The position numbers and the translations under genes were made by a program. Source: an uncultured delta proteobacterium (lineage in GTDB: Bacteria > Desulfobacterota > Binatia > Binatales > Binataceae). From it: a stretch of 64,000 bases of DNA. Within the stretch, counting starts at the first letter, position 1. Every line of letters begins with the position of its first letter. Shown piece by piece: positions 8,955 through 19,043 of this stretch. The stretch covers positions 1,984,001 to 2,048,000 of the forward strand of contig CAWEEQ010000004.1 in NCBI GenBank assembly GCA_963808235.1. Direction: 5' to 3'. The notes under the pieces are model-generated. The model ran no database searches and was not told the DNA's origin. It worked only from the letters and a program-made list of their open reading frames with translations.

Positions 8955-9680
8955 ATGCTGGAAACGGGCGCGGCGGCGGCCGCGGGCACGGCAACTCGCA
9001 ACGGGAATCGCGCGATCGCGCCGACTCCACGCACTCGCGTCAAGCGGCTCCCCAAGCGCGCTTCCTTCGATCGCGGCGTCATCTATGAGCTGCTCGACAC
9101 TGCGCTCGTCTGCCACGTGGGTTTTGCGATCGAGGGACAGCCCTATGTGATTCCGACTCTGCAGGTTCGAATCGGCGACCGGCTCTATATTCACGGTTCG
9201 GCGGCGAGCCGGATGCTCGGCACCGCGGCGGATAAGACTCCGCTTGCGGTGACGGTGACGCACATTGACGGTTTGGTGATGGCGCGATCGGCGTTTCATC
9301 ATTCGGTGAACTACCGGTCGGTGGTGATTCTCGGCACTGCAACGCTGGTCACTGATAACGCGGAAAAGCTTGCGGTGATGAAGGGGCTGATCGATCACGT
9401 CGCGCCGGGCCGCTGGGATCATATTCGCCATCCCAACGAGAAGGAGCTGGCCGCAACGTCGGTGCTGTCGATTCCAATTGAAGAAGCGTCGGCGAAACTT
9501 CGCAGCGGAGACCCGCTCGACGACGAGGCCGACTACGCGCTTCCAGTGTGGGCGGGGCAAATTCCACTCCACACGACTGCGCTCGCGCCGGTTGCGGATT
9601 CGCGGCTCGACGCGTCAACGTCGATTCCTCTTCACGTATCGGAGTATCGGCTGCCCGGCAGCCGCGGAGTGGGGACATGA
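8955..9680 (+). CDS. Pyridoxamine 5'-phosphate oxidase-like flavin-binding protein
   Basis: CHVGF...PYVIPT...LYIHGS, DGLVMARSAFHHSVNYRSVV; alternative start at 8934. Confidence 0.88.
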   Translation: MLETGAAAAAGTATRNGNRAIAPTPRTRVKRLPKRASFDRGVIYELLDTALVCHVGFAIEGQPYVIPTLQVRIGDRLYIHGSAASRMLGTAADKTPLAVTVTHIDGLVMARSAFHHSVNYRSVVILGTATLVTDNAEKLAVMKGLIDHVAPGRWDHIRHPNEKELAATSVLSIPIEEASAKLRSGDPLDDEADYALPVWAGQIPLHTTALAPVADSRLDASTSIPLHVSEYRLPGSRGVGT

Positions 9681-10162
9681 CAGCAGCGATGGTAGTTATG
9701 GACACGGGAAAATTTCTGATCAGCACGGATCGATCGAAGCTCGACCTTGACGCGATTCACCGATTTCTTACGCGCTCGTACTGGGCGGAAGGAATTCCGC
9801 GCGAAACGGTCGCGCGTTCGATCGAAAATTCGCTCTGCTTCGGAGTTTACAACGGCGGCGAGCAGGTCGGCTTCGCGCGCGTGGTTTCGGACTTCGCGAC
9901 CTACGCATATCTCGCCGACGTGTTCGTCCTCGAGTCATATCGGGGGCGCGGCCTCGCCAAGGAACTGATCGCCACGATCATGGCGCATCCGGAGTTGCAG
10001 GGGCTCAGGCGCTGGAGTCTCGGTACTCGCGACGCGCATGGACTGTACGCGCAGTTTGGATGGACATCGGTCGAGAATCCGGCGCGGACGATGATGGAGA
10101 TCGCGGATCCGGACGTTTACCTGCGCCCGGCCAAGGTTCGCACCGTGACTCGCAATCGATGA
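9677..10162 (+). CDS. GNAT N-acetyltransferase
   Basis: SYWA, QVGFARVVSD, YRGRGLAK and DAHGLYAQFG; ATGA overlap with the previous gene. Confidence 0.9.
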   Translation: MTAAMVVMDTGKFLISTDRSKLDLDAIHRFLTRSYWAEGIPRETVARSIENSLCFGVYNGGEQVGFARVVSDFATYAYLADVFVLESYRGRGLAKELIATIMAHPELQGLRRWSLGTRDAHGLYAQFGWTSVENPARTMMEIADPDVYLRPAKVRTVTRNR

Positions 10163-10306
10163 GTGCCGGATTGTTGAGCCCGGCGACCTTGAATGAGTTC
10201 CCGAGCCCGTCTATATAACAAGTGTTAGGGACCGCCGCCTCCGGCCGACGCCCGCATCGGCGCGGCCAGGAGTGAGTCATTCGGTTCCGGCACCTGGAGG
10301 TAGTCG

Positions 10307-11500
10307 ATGGATTTCAAATTCAGCGCCGAGGACGAGGCTTTCCGCGAAGAGTTCCGCAGCTGGCTAAAGGCCAACCTGCCCACGGCGGGCAAGTCGGAAG
10401 ACGGCGGAGACTTCATGCGCGAAAGCAGCTCCGACGACTGGAAGCGGCGCGTCGAGTGGCACAAGAAAATGCACGCGGGCGGATGGGTCGGGCTAAGCTG
10501 GCCGAAAGAATACGGCGGGCGCGGGGCGACGCTGACCCAGCAGATCATCTACAACGAGGAACTCTCCAAGGTTAACTCGCCGATGCTGGTCAACGGACTG
10601 GGCATCATGCTGGTCGGTCCGACGATCATTCATTGGGGGACCGAGGAGCAAAAGAAGCGCTACGTGCCGAAAATTTTGTCGGCGGACGAACTCTGGTGCC
10701 AAGGCTATTCCGAGCCGGGCGCGGGATCGGACGTGGCCGGCTTGCAGACCCGCGCTATCGAGGAAGGCGACTACTTTGTCGTCAACGGGCAGAAGGTCTG
10801 GACCTCGGATGCGCATCACGCGGACATGTGTATCCTGCTGGTGCGTACCGATCCGGAGGCACCCAAGCATAAGGGAATCAGTTACATCCTGGTCGATATG
10901 CACAGCCCCGGCGTGACGGTCCGGCCGCTGGTGCAGATCACCGGCGACAAGGGATTCAACGAGGTTTTCTTCGAAGACGTCAAGGTGCCGAAGAAAAATC
11001 TGATCGGCGAGAAGAACCAGGGATGGCAAGTCGCGATCACGACGCTGATGTTCGAACGATCGGGAATTGGCGGCGGGCGCGACATGATGGGCCAGGTCAA
11101 GGAACTGGTCGCGCTCGCGAAAAACATTCGCAGCAACGGGCACACCGCGTGGGAAGACACCAGCGTGCGGCAGAGACTCGGTGGATTCGCATGCGAGGCG
11201 GCCGCGCTCCGCTACACCGGTTTTCGACAACTGACGCGGCGGCTCAAAGGTCTGCCGCCGGGACCGGAGGGCTCGGTGCTGAAACTCTGCACCAGCGAAC
11301 TCAACTTGCGGATGAACAAGTTCGCGATGGAGATGCTGGGGCCGTACAGCCAGATCGAGTTCAGGTCACCGCACGCGGTCGACAAGGGCAAGTGGTCGTA
11401 TCGGATGCTCGCGTCGCGGGCGCTTACGATCGCCGGCGGAACCAGCGAAATCCAGCACAACATTATCGGCGAACGGGTACTCGGGTTGCCCAAGGGCTAG
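10307..11500 (+). CDS. Acyl-CoA dehydrogenase family protein
   Basis: WCQGYSEPGAGSD, NGQKVWTS, FNEVFFEDV and TIAGGTSEIQ; RBS GGAGG. Confidence 0.93.
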   Translation: MDFKFSAEDEAFREEFRSWLKANLPTAGKSEDGGDFMRESSSDDWKRRVEWHKKMHAGGWVGLSWPKEYGGRGATLTQQIIYNEELSKVNSPMLVNGLGIMLVGPTIIHWGTEEQKKRYVPKILSADELWCQGYSEPGAGSDVAGLQTRAIEEGDYFVVNGQKVWTSDAHHADMCILLVRTDPEAPKHKGISYILVDMHSPGVTVRPLVQITGDKGFNEVFFEDVKVPKKNLIGEKNQGWQVAITTLMFERSGIGGGRDMMGQVKELVALAKNIRSNGHTAWEDTSVRQRLGGFACEAAALRYTGFRQLTRRLKGLPPGPEGSVLKLCTSELNLRMNKFAMEMLGPYSQIEFRSPHAVDKGKWSYRMLASRALTIAGGTSEIQHNIIGERVLGLPKG

Positions 11501-11526
11501 CCGCTTCGAATCATCGGTAATCGTAC

Positions 11527-11560
11527 GGAGGGCGGCCCAGGTGGTCGCCCTTCTTTTTTT
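11527..11560 (+). terminator. Intrinsic terminator
   Basis: GGAGGGCGGCC-CAGGT-GGTCGCCCTTC followed by a T7 run. Confidence 0.7.
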
Positions 11561-11576
11561 GGAGACGGAGAAACAT

Positions 11577-12116
11577 ATGGAAGGCAAGCTGGTTAGGCTG
11601 CGAGCGTACGAGAAATCGGATCTCGACTCGATAATGAAATGGATCAACGACGAGGAAGTCACCGATTTTCTTGCGGGTGGGATGCTGACCTATCCGGTGT
11701 CGTCGATCACGGAGGAAAAGTATATCGAGTCCACCGCTCAATCTTCCGACACCAACAAGAGCTTCGCGATCGAGACGCTGGCGGAACAGAAATATATCGG
11801 CGGGGTCGCGTTTCACGCGATCAACTGGCTGAATCGCAGCGCCGGTCTCGGCATCACGATCGGCGACAAATCTTACTGGGGCCGCGGTTACGGTACTGAC
11901 GCGATGCGCGTCATGATGCGCCTCGGATTCGACAAGATGAATCTGCATCGGCTCTGGCTGCATGTGTACGAGTACAATCGGCGCGCGATCGCGTCTTACG
12001 AAAAATGCGGATTCAAGCGCGAGGGCGTACTCCGCAAGGAGCGCTTCTATCGCGGCAGTTACTACGACACCGTCGTGATGGGGATTTTGGAAGACGAGTT
12101 CCGCGCCCTGCCCTAG
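11577..12116 (+). CDS. RimJ/RimL-type GNAT acetyltransferase
   Basis: YWGRGYGT, NLHRLWLHV, NRRAIASYEKCGFKREG. Confidence 0.9.
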   Translation: MEGKLVRLRAYEKSDLDSIMKWINDEEVTDFLAGGMLTYPVSSITEEKYIESTAQSSDTNKSFAIETLAEQKYIGGVAFHAINWLNRSAGLGITIGDKSYWGRGYGTDAMRVMMRLGFDKMNLHRLWLHVYEYNRRAIASYEKCGFKREGVLRKERFYRGSYYDTVVMGILEDEFRALP

Positions 12117-12123
12117 CGCGCCA

Positions 12124-15100
12124 CTACTTTCCCGTTCCGGACAGGCCTACCGTGCGCGCCCCGCTCGATCCGTTGTTCATGACGGTGAAGGTGCCGGGAC
12201 GATGACCCTTAGCGATCGGAGCGAAGATCAACTTATAGTTGCAGATTTTGCGTGGCGCGAGCGCTGCACCGCAGTTGCCGCCTGAAACCTGGAAGTCGCC
12301 GGTTATCCGCACGCCGACGAGCTCGATGCTGATGTGGCCGGTGTTGGTCGCGCTCACTTTTTTCGCCAGGCTTCGTTTGCCTACCTTCGCGGCGAAGCTC
12401 GCGGAACCCGGCTGAACCATCAGCGCCGCCGCCACGGTCGGAGTCGAAGTCGGGGTGATCGTCGGCGTTGCAGTCGATGTGGCAGTCGGAGTTTGAGTTG
12501 GCGTGGCGGTTACGGTTGCGGTCGGTGTTGCAGTTGCAGTCACAGTTGCCGTCGTCGTTGGGGTCGGAGTCGACGTCGCGGTCTGAGTTTGGGTCGCGGT
12601 GGCGCTCGCCGTCGGTGTCGAAGTTCGGGTCGATGTAGCGGTCACGCTCGCAGTTGGCGTGGCGGTCGCGGTTGAGGTCATCGTTGGCGTTGGAGTTGCG
12701 GAGCTGAGCGGGGTGCGAACCGTGGATGGCGTCGAGGTCGGAGTTAAAGTCGCGGTTGCGGTCGCAGTTGTCGTCGACGTGGCGGTGGCAGTCATCGCAG
12801 ATGACGGCGTAACGGTCGGCGTCGCCGTTTGCGACGAGCCGGTCCCTTCGCCGGCAAGCTGGAAAATTCCACGACCGTGCGTGGCAGCGAAAATCACGCC
12901 GTTCAAATTTTGCTCAAGGTCGAAAATTGCGACCGCCGGAATCGTGCCGAGGTTGAATGGCGTCCAGTTCGCGCCTCCGTCGACGGTCCTGAAAATGCCG
13001 ATGTCGGTCGCGGCCAGCACGGTCTCGGCGGTAGGATCGTTACGATCCACCAGCAGCCGCAGCACCGGGACGTCCGGCAACGCATTGGCAGGCGGCGGAC
13101 TCAGCAGGTTCGGATTGCCATCGGCCTGAGTCCACGAACCGCCAAAGTCACTGGTCACGAAAACATGGCCGATGCCGGTCGCCGAGGTGAACCCGGAAAG
13201 ACTCAAGTACGCGACCGTGGAGTCAAACGGGTCAACCGCAATTCCGGTTGCCTGGGTGTCGGCGGGAAACACGATCGGCGGCAATTGCGCGGTCTTGTCG
13301 ATCCAGTGCGCGCCTTCGGGCTGGCTCACGCTTACCTGCTGATCCGCCTCGTCGGTCGTGAAAATTTTAAACGGCGTCGGGCGAAAGGTCGTATTCGTTT
13401 CCATCGAGAGCGCGTAAGCCTTGGTGCGATCGGAGGGCGCAATCTCGATGTCCTCGAGCGCGCATGCCCCGCCGACGCATCGGCCGGTGAGATCCTGGGT
13501 AGTTTGCGGAGTCCAGGTCGCCATCGCGTCGTTGGAAACGTAGATGGAATGCGCGCCGAACATCACGCGCTCCGCGATCGCAGGATCGCTTGCGATAGGC
13601 GGATAGTACGCCGCACCAGTGTCACCCACCGAGGCCATCGCAGTCCGCAGCGCCGCGCTTGACGAAGTAGAAATGAAGCTGACCCCCGCGTTGGTCGAGC
13701 GCCCGACCGACGGTCCGGACGAAGTGGTCGCAAAGGTGTGATACGCGAACTCGGGATTCACCTGGTCGAATAGCGCAAAGCCGCCTTCGGCTCCGTCGGC
13801 CTGGGTCCAACTCGACGCCGGCGGCTGAGTGCCGTCGAAGAGCGCGGTGCCGTTATCCTGGAAACCGGCGAGCGCAAGCGCGTTGTCGTTCGGATGCGGG
13901 CCGACCGATTGCGCTTGCATCGCATCGATGTTCGCGTTCAGCGCACTCCAGCTCTGGGAGCCGGCGTCAAAGCGGTAGAGGCCGCCGTCGTTGCCGAGGA
14001 AGAAGCTATGCGCGTGGGCGGGGTCGAACGCGATCGCGTGCTGGTCCGAATGAGTTCCGCCACTTGGCGCGAGCGTCGTCCAGGCGCCGCCTGCGTTTAC
14101 CGATCGGTATATTCCGACTCCTCCGAACACAACGGTGTTGCCAGTCGCGTCGGCAGGATCGATCGCGAGCGCCTGGTCAAAGAAAGATTCCGAGAAATTA
14201 GCCGAGTTGATTCCGTCGATCGTCGCAGCGCCCACCGGCGCACTCGGCACCGACGCTGTTGTCCAGGTCACTCCATGATCGATGGACTTATAGAAGCCGG
14301 CGTATTCGACGCCATCGGCCGCCCCGATCATCGCGTATGCGACCCCGTTTGCCGCCACGACGCTCGCGCGGCCGACTCCGCCGCTCGAAGCCGGCAGACT
14401 TGCCTGCGCGAAAGAGAATCCCGAATTCGACGAGCGGAATACGCCCACCCCGAGGATCGTCACCAGCACATTCGTGGGCGACGCCGGATCGATCGCCACC
14501 GATTCGGCCGGGCACGGATCGTTGGTGAAGTAAGGACACGCGCCAAAGGTTCCCGATGGATACGAAATCCACGACACGCCGCCATCAGACGATCGCCAAA
14601 GACCGTTCTGGCTGAAATCGCCCTCGACCCACGACGCGTCGGCGCGATTCGCGCTCGAGCCGTAGGTAACCGCCGCGTAGATCGTGCGCGGTGTATGAGT
14701 CGTGTCGATCGCGAGCCCGGCGACCGATGCATGTGCAAACGTGGACGTTCCGAGTTGAGTCCAGGTCGCGCCGAGATCGCTCGAGACAAAGACGCCCTGT
14801 CCATAGTATGAGTCGCTCGAGCCGTTGCCTTCTCCACTCCCGACGTAAAGGGTTGGATTCGGGCTGGTGGTAGTATCGAGCGCCATCGAGCCGACCGACA
14901 GCGTCGATTCGGAATCGAATATCGGTACAAACGATGCGGTCGCGTTGGCGCGCATCCACACTCCCCCGCCCGCGCTCCCAACGAACATCCTCCCGCTTAC
15001 CGTGGGATCGACAATGATCGCGGTGATCTTTCCGGTTGCGCCGGCAAGCGCGCTCCCGAGCGGTACGCCTGCGAATTGGGGAATCTCATTGAGCAGAGGC

Positions 15101-15459
15101 AGGGGACCGATCGCATTCCATTGGAGCGCGAGCGGTGCGTCCGCCCCGCTCTTCGCCACGCCTTGACCATAATCAACGCCTCGCTCCTGAAGGCGCATCT
15201 GCTCGATCGCTTCACGATACGCGCCCGGAGGAATTCCAAAGTTGAGCCCACGCTTGCTTAGCTGGAACGCCTCCCGCGCAACTCGATCCCGCCCGCTGAG
15301 CGCACCGGGGGCATTGCGATGCGCCGCCGCCGATCCCGGCGTTGCACGCTGGGGAGCCGAAAGCACAACGACCAGCCCCGCGCCGAACAGCATGACTGCC
15401 GCGACCGCAAGTAACCGCGCCGAAAATAACTTGAACAACCGGCGGAACCCCCTCCGCAT
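12124..15459 (-). CDS. Large secreted BNR/Asp-box beta-propeller protein with Thr/Pro-rich linker and C-terminal Ig-like (ASH/choice-of-anchor D-like) domain
   Basis: Signal-like N-terminus; repeated SxDxGxxW boxes ([40 protein letters not shown]); (TA/TP)n linker; NTG...GDF...C...C...F.P tail. Confidence 0.8.
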   Translation of the reverse strand: MRRGFRRLFKLFSARLLAVAAVMLFGAGLVVVLSAPQRATPGSAAAHRNAPGALSGRDRVAREAFQLSKRGLNFGIPPGAYREAIEQMRLQERGVDYGQGVAKSGADAPLALQWNAIGPLPLLNEIPQFAGVPLGSALAGATGKITAIIVDPTVSGRMFVGSAGGGVWMRANATASFVPIFDSESTLSVGSMALDTTTSPNPTLYVGSGEGNGSSDSYYGQGVFVSSDLGATWTQLGTSTFAHASVAGLAIDTTHTPRTIYAAVTYGSSANRADASWVEGDFSQNGLWRSSDGGVSWISYPSGTFGACPYFTNDPCPAESVAIDPASPTNVLVTILGVGVFRSSNSGFSFAQASLPASSGGVGRASVVAANGVAYAMIGAADGVEYAGFYKSIDHGVTWTTASVPSAPVGAATIDGINSANFSESFFDQALAIDPADATGNTVVFGGVGIYRSVNAGGAWTTLAPSGGTHSDQHAIAFDPAHAHSFFLGNDGGLYRFDAGSQSWSALNANIDAMQAQSVGPHPNDNALALAGFQDNGTALFDGTQPPASSWTQADGAEGGFALFDQVNPEFAYHTFATTSSGPSVGRSTNAGVSFISTSSSAALRTAMASVGDTGAAYYPPIASDPAIAERVMFGAHSIYVSNDAMATWTPQTTQDLTGRCVGGACALEDIEIAPSDRTKAYALSMETNTTFRPTPFKIFTTDEADQQVSVSQPEGAHWIDKTAQLPPIVFPADTQATGIAVDPFDSTVAYLSLSGFTSATGIGHVFVTSDFGGSWTQADGNPNLLSPPPANALPDVPVLRLLVDRNDPTAETVLAATDIGIFRTVDGGANWTPFNLGTIPAVAIFDLEQNLNGVIFAATHGRGIFQLAGEGTGSSQTATPTVTPSSAMTATATSTTTATATATLTPTSTPSTVRTPLSSATPTPTMTSTATATPTASVTATSTRTSTPTASATATQTQTATSTPTPTTTATVTATATPTATVTATPTQTPTATSTATPTITPTSTPTVAAALMVQPGSASFAAKVGKRSLAKKVSATNTGHISIELVGVRITGDFQVSGGNCGAALAPRKICNYKLIFAPIAKGHRPGTFTVMNNGSSGARTVGLSGTGK
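12430..12835 (-). repeat. Low-complexity coding repeat encoding the Thr/Ala/Pro linker
   Basis: About 135 codons of TATPTATATPT-type sequence. Confidence 0.85.
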
Positions 15460-15644
15460 CCAGTAGTCAGTTTACGCGGTGTATGTAATCGACCGAAATA
15501 CATAATGACTATTTGGTTCCGTAGTCAATTGAGTATTGCATCTGTCTATTCGGACATCCGCTTGTCTATGCCGGGCGAAGCTTCGCCCTGCCGCTTCATG
15601 CGGCGGAGCGAGGCAGCGGGACAATTCTGAATGGCTGATGGCGG

Positions 15645-16556
15645 TCAGGCGGGAGCAATTCGAAAGCCAATTTTCGGGAAGTGATTAACGATCTTGCCCA
15701 GTTCCGGATCTTCGCGCTCGATCGCGATCTCATGAATCGTGCTGACCACCACTCTTCCGGTCACCGGGTCGAAGCCGTAGTCGTCCGGGGTGACGGATAC
15801 CCTGGTACCCGCAGCGAGTCCGTTTGGATCGCCGCCGTCGATATTTTCAACGGTGGCGGGCGCACTGTCGCGGGCAATCTTGAGTGCTTCGTCAGGATCC
15901 ATCGTGCTCATGTCGCCGACTCCCATCGCCTCGATTCTATCGAACCATCGCATCAGGTTCGCGAATCGCTTGGCGATTCCGAACGCGCTGGGCTCGGCGC
16001 GAAGGAACCAGACCGGATGAAAGCACGCGGCATCGGCGAGGCTGAACGAATCGCCAAGCAAGAACGTGCGGCCGGCGAGCTGACGATCGAGGATATCGAG
16101 AAACGCACGCAACTGGTTGCGCGAGTCGGGCGCAGTGCGCACGATTTCGCCGAAGTTCGCGCCTTGCATCATCTTGGAGCGATCCGCGATGAACTCCGGG
16201 GGCACCACCGCGGCGAGCTTCTCGAAAATTACCGGCGTGGTTGACCAGAAGAGGCGCCGGTCCGCCCACTGGTTCATCGTGTCAGCCGCGGCGGTTAAGC
16301 CGCTCGGATAGATCGTCGGCTCGGGACGGAGCTCGTCGATCTTCCTTATGATAATTCCGGTGTCGCTCCATACGTCGGCGCCGATCTGAAGCACCGGGAT
16401 GCGCCGATACCCGCCGGTGAGCGGCACCAGCTTGGGTTTCGGCATGATCACCGGCTGCTCGACGGCGCGCCAGCTGATTTTTTTGTGCGCAAAGATCTTG
16501 CGGATTTTTTCAGAGAAAGGCGAGTTCACATATTGATGCAGAATTATCTCGGCCAC
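15645..16556 (-). CDS. Glutathione S-transferase family protein
   Basis: SPFSEK, GGYRRIPVLQIGAD, FSLADAA and C-terminal HFPKIGF. Confidence 0.9.
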   Translation of the reverse strand: MAEIILHQYVNSPFSEKIRKIFAHKKISWRAVEQPVIMPKPKLVPLTGGYRRIPVLQIGADVWSDTGIIIRKIDELRPEPTIYPSGLTAAADTMNQWADRRLFWSTTPVIFEKLAAVVPPEFIADRSKMMQGANFGEIVRTAPDSRNQLRAFLDILDRQLAGRTFLLGDSFSLADAACFHPVWFLRAEPSAFGIAKRFANLMRWFDRIEAMGVGDMSTMDPDEALKIARDSAPATVENIDGGDPNGLAAGTRVSVTPDDYGFDPVTGRVVVSTIHEIAIEREDPELGKIVNHFPKIGFRIAPA

Positions 16557-16670
16557 GGTGTTCCTCCGGCGATGATGTACGCTGGTATCTTTTTAGCGCA
16601 TCGCAAAAGAAGTGCGTAGCGTATTTCGGCAAATTCCTTTCCGCATCTGAAAACTGATATTTTCGCAGCC

Positions 16671-17324
16671 ATGTACGGTCATCACGATTTCGATCTGTAC
16701 GAGGCGATTTACACCACGCGCTCGATGCGCCGGCTGAAGCCAGATCCGGTGCCTCCTGACTTGATTGTCAAAGTGATCGAGGCGGCGACGATGGGTCCGA
16801 GCGGACACAATCGACAGCCGTGGTTCTTCATCGTCGTCACCGACCCGGAGACCAAGAAATTCGTCGCGGAGCGCTATCGCAAAGCCTGGGAAACCGTCTT
16901 TACGCCAACAGAACGCGAAGTCGTCGCCAACGATCCGGGCAGCCCGCGCGGACGAAACCTGCGCTCGGCCAAGTATCTCGCCGAGCATATCGCCGATGTT
17001 CCCGTGATGATCTTCGCGTGCGTGAAAAAATACACCGATCGCGCGCGCGCCGGTCAGCCGATGCTGGGTGCGATCTATCCGGCCGTCCAGAATTTGTGCC
17101 TGGCCGCGCGCGGCTACGGACTCGGCACTTCGATCACCGGTATGCATACGATGTTTGGCAGAGAAATCGACGCGATGCTCGGTGTTCCGCCCGAATACTC
17201 CAACGTCATTCTGATTCCGATTGGATATCCGAAGGGACGATGGGCCCGGCCCGATCGCAAACCCGCGCTTGCGGTTACGTTCTGGGAAAAATGGGGCATC
17301 CGGCGCGAGAATGTCGCCGGCTGA
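16671..17324 (+). CDS. Nitroreductase family protein
   Basis: TTRSMRR, PSGHNRQPWFF, QNLCLAARGYGLG and IPIGYP. Confidence 0.9.
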   Translation: MYGHHDFDLYEAIYTTRSMRRLKPDPVPPDLIVKVIEAATMGPSGHNRQPWFFIVVTDPETKKFVAERYRKAWETVFTPTEREVVANDPGSPRGRNLRSAKYLAEHIADVPVMIFACVKKYTDRARAGQPMLGAIYPAVQNLCLAARGYGLGTSITGMHTMFGREIDAMLGVPPEYSNVILIPIGYPKGRWARPDRKPALAVTFWEKWGIRRENVAG

Positions 17325-17327
17325 ACC

Positions 17328-17540
17328 CTACGCCTCGATCACGGCGAGAACGAAATTGCGCTGAATCTGATCGCCCGGCTTGACCCGGAATTCCTTCATC
17401 CGGCCCGCCGCCGGCGACTTGATCGGTATCTCGACCTTCATCGATTCGACCACCATCACTTCGTCGCCGCGCGCAACTTGCGCTCCCACCTCGACTGAGA
17501 GTCGAAGCACTTTGCCCACCGCCGGGCTCCTTATATCCAT
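17328..17540 (-). CDS. Stand-alone biotin/lipoyl carrier domain protein
   Basis: 70 aa; VVESMKVEIPIKSPAAG with the MK biotinylation site. Confidence 0.85.
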   Translation of the reverse strand: MDIRSPAVGKVLRLSVEVGAQVARGDEVMVVESMKVEIPIKSPAAGRMKEFRVKPGDQIQRNFVLAVIEA

Positions 17541-17694
17541 TTCATCGCAATCCTTTTACTCGGCGTATCGGCTCCCGGCGTCTTAGCAGGCTTTGCCGCG
17601 CTCGCACCAGCACTCGAAAAGAATGGGTTGTGTTTTCGACGCCCTTGGTTGTAGAGAAATTAAGACAACGCGCGTTCACGCACAGGGAGACGGC

Positions 17695-19038
17695 ATGAAT
17701 AATTTTGTCGCGACTCGAACGCTCAGTGAATATCCGCGCGGCAGCCATCGATGGTCGCTGCTGATGCTGACGGTGCTCGCGTCGATTCTCGGCGCGTACG
17801 ACTTCCAGCTCGCGCCGCTGCTGCCGATACTGCTTCCCTACCTGCACATGAGCCACGTCGCGTACGGAGCGTTCGTCACTTTCGCGGTACTGATTTCCGG
17901 AATCTCCGCGTTCTTCGGCGGTCCGCTGGCGGATCGCTACGGCCGGGTCCTCATCACCGACGTATGTCTCGGCCTCGTTACCGTCCTTCTGTTCCTGAAC
18001 GTGTTCATCACCAACATCGTCTCCTTCGTAATTCTGCGCACCTTGATGGGTGTCGTCGCAGGGCTCACGGCGGGGGCACTGGCGGCGCTGATTCGTGACA
18101 TGTCGCCGCGGCTCAGCCGTGCGCTGGCATTCGGACTGCTGACGATCGGTCCGGTCGGGGCGAACTTCCTTTCCAACTTCGTCGCCGGCAAGACGCTGCC
18201 GATTTATCACACCTGGCAATCGCAGATCTGGATCATGGGATTCTTCGCCGTCGCAATGTACATCCCGATCGTAATATGGCTGTGCGATCTCAGCCCCGAG
18301 CTGCGCATGCAGATCATGAAGACCGAAATCCAGGCGCTCGCCGCCGAAGGCCGCCTGCCCGCCGCCTCGGAACTTCCGTCCAGCACCGGCGACGCCTTCC
18401 GCCGCCTGCTCAGCCACATGGAAGTCTGGCTGCTGGTCATCGGGATCACCGCGAACCTGACGCTGTACTTCGCAATCCAGGGGTTCGGCCCGTTGATGTT
18501 TACCGAGGCGTTTCACTACTCGCCAGCCGAAGCGGCGAAGATGAACGAATACTTCTGGCTCGCGAACCTCGGCGCGCTGGTCCTGACCGGACTCGTCTCC
18601 GATCGCCTGCAGACTCGCAAACCGATCGCAATCTTCGGCGGCGCGCTGGCCTGCATCCTGATGGCCTGGTGGATTCCAACCTTTGGCCGCGAGTTGCCGC
18701 GCGCCACGATGACGATGGTCGCGTCGCTGATGGGATGCTTCCTCGCAATCGCCTACGTCCCGTGGGCAGCGCAATTCTCCGAAACCCTCGAGGACGTCTC
18801 GCCCGCTCTGCAAGCCACCGGATGGGCTTTCTTCGGGCTGGTCGCGCGCGGATGGGTCGCGATTTCGGCGCCGCTGTCGCTCTACGTCGCGGTCCACTAC
18901 GGATGGGGCGAGTGGGTCAAAGTCGCGCTCGGCGGAATGGTAATCTACGTCGTGGCGATGGCGTTCTCGCGCGGCCACGCCGCAGTCGAGGAACACGCCG
19001 CGCGGCCCGCGACGATCGGCAAGGCCACCGCGAGCTGA
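17695..19038 (+). CDS. MFS transporter
   Basis: About 12 TM segments, motif A GPLADRYGR and GLVSDRL; RBS GGGAG. Confidence 0.9.
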   Translation: MNNFVATRTLSEYPRGSHRWSLLMLTVLASILGAYDFQLAPLLPILLPYLHMSHVAYGAFVTFAVLISGISAFFGGPLADRYGRVLITDVCLGLVTVLLFLNVFITNIVSFVILRTLMGVVAGLTAGALAALIRDMSPRLSRALAFGLLTIGPVGANFLSNFVAGKTLPIYHTWQSQIWIMGFFAVAMYIPIVIWLCDLSPELRMQIMKTEIQALAAEGRLPAASELPSSTGDAFRRLLSHMEVWLLVIGITANLTLYFAIQGFGPLMFTEAFHYSPAEAAKMNEYFWLANLGALVLTGLVSDRLQTRKPIAIFGGALACILMAWWIPTFGRELPRATMTMVASLMGCFLAIAYVPWAAQFSETLEDVSPALQATGWAFFGLVARGWVAISAPLSLYVAVHYGWGEWVKVALGGMVIYVVAMAFSRGHAAVEEHAARPATIGKATAS

Positions 19039-19043
19039 TCCTC

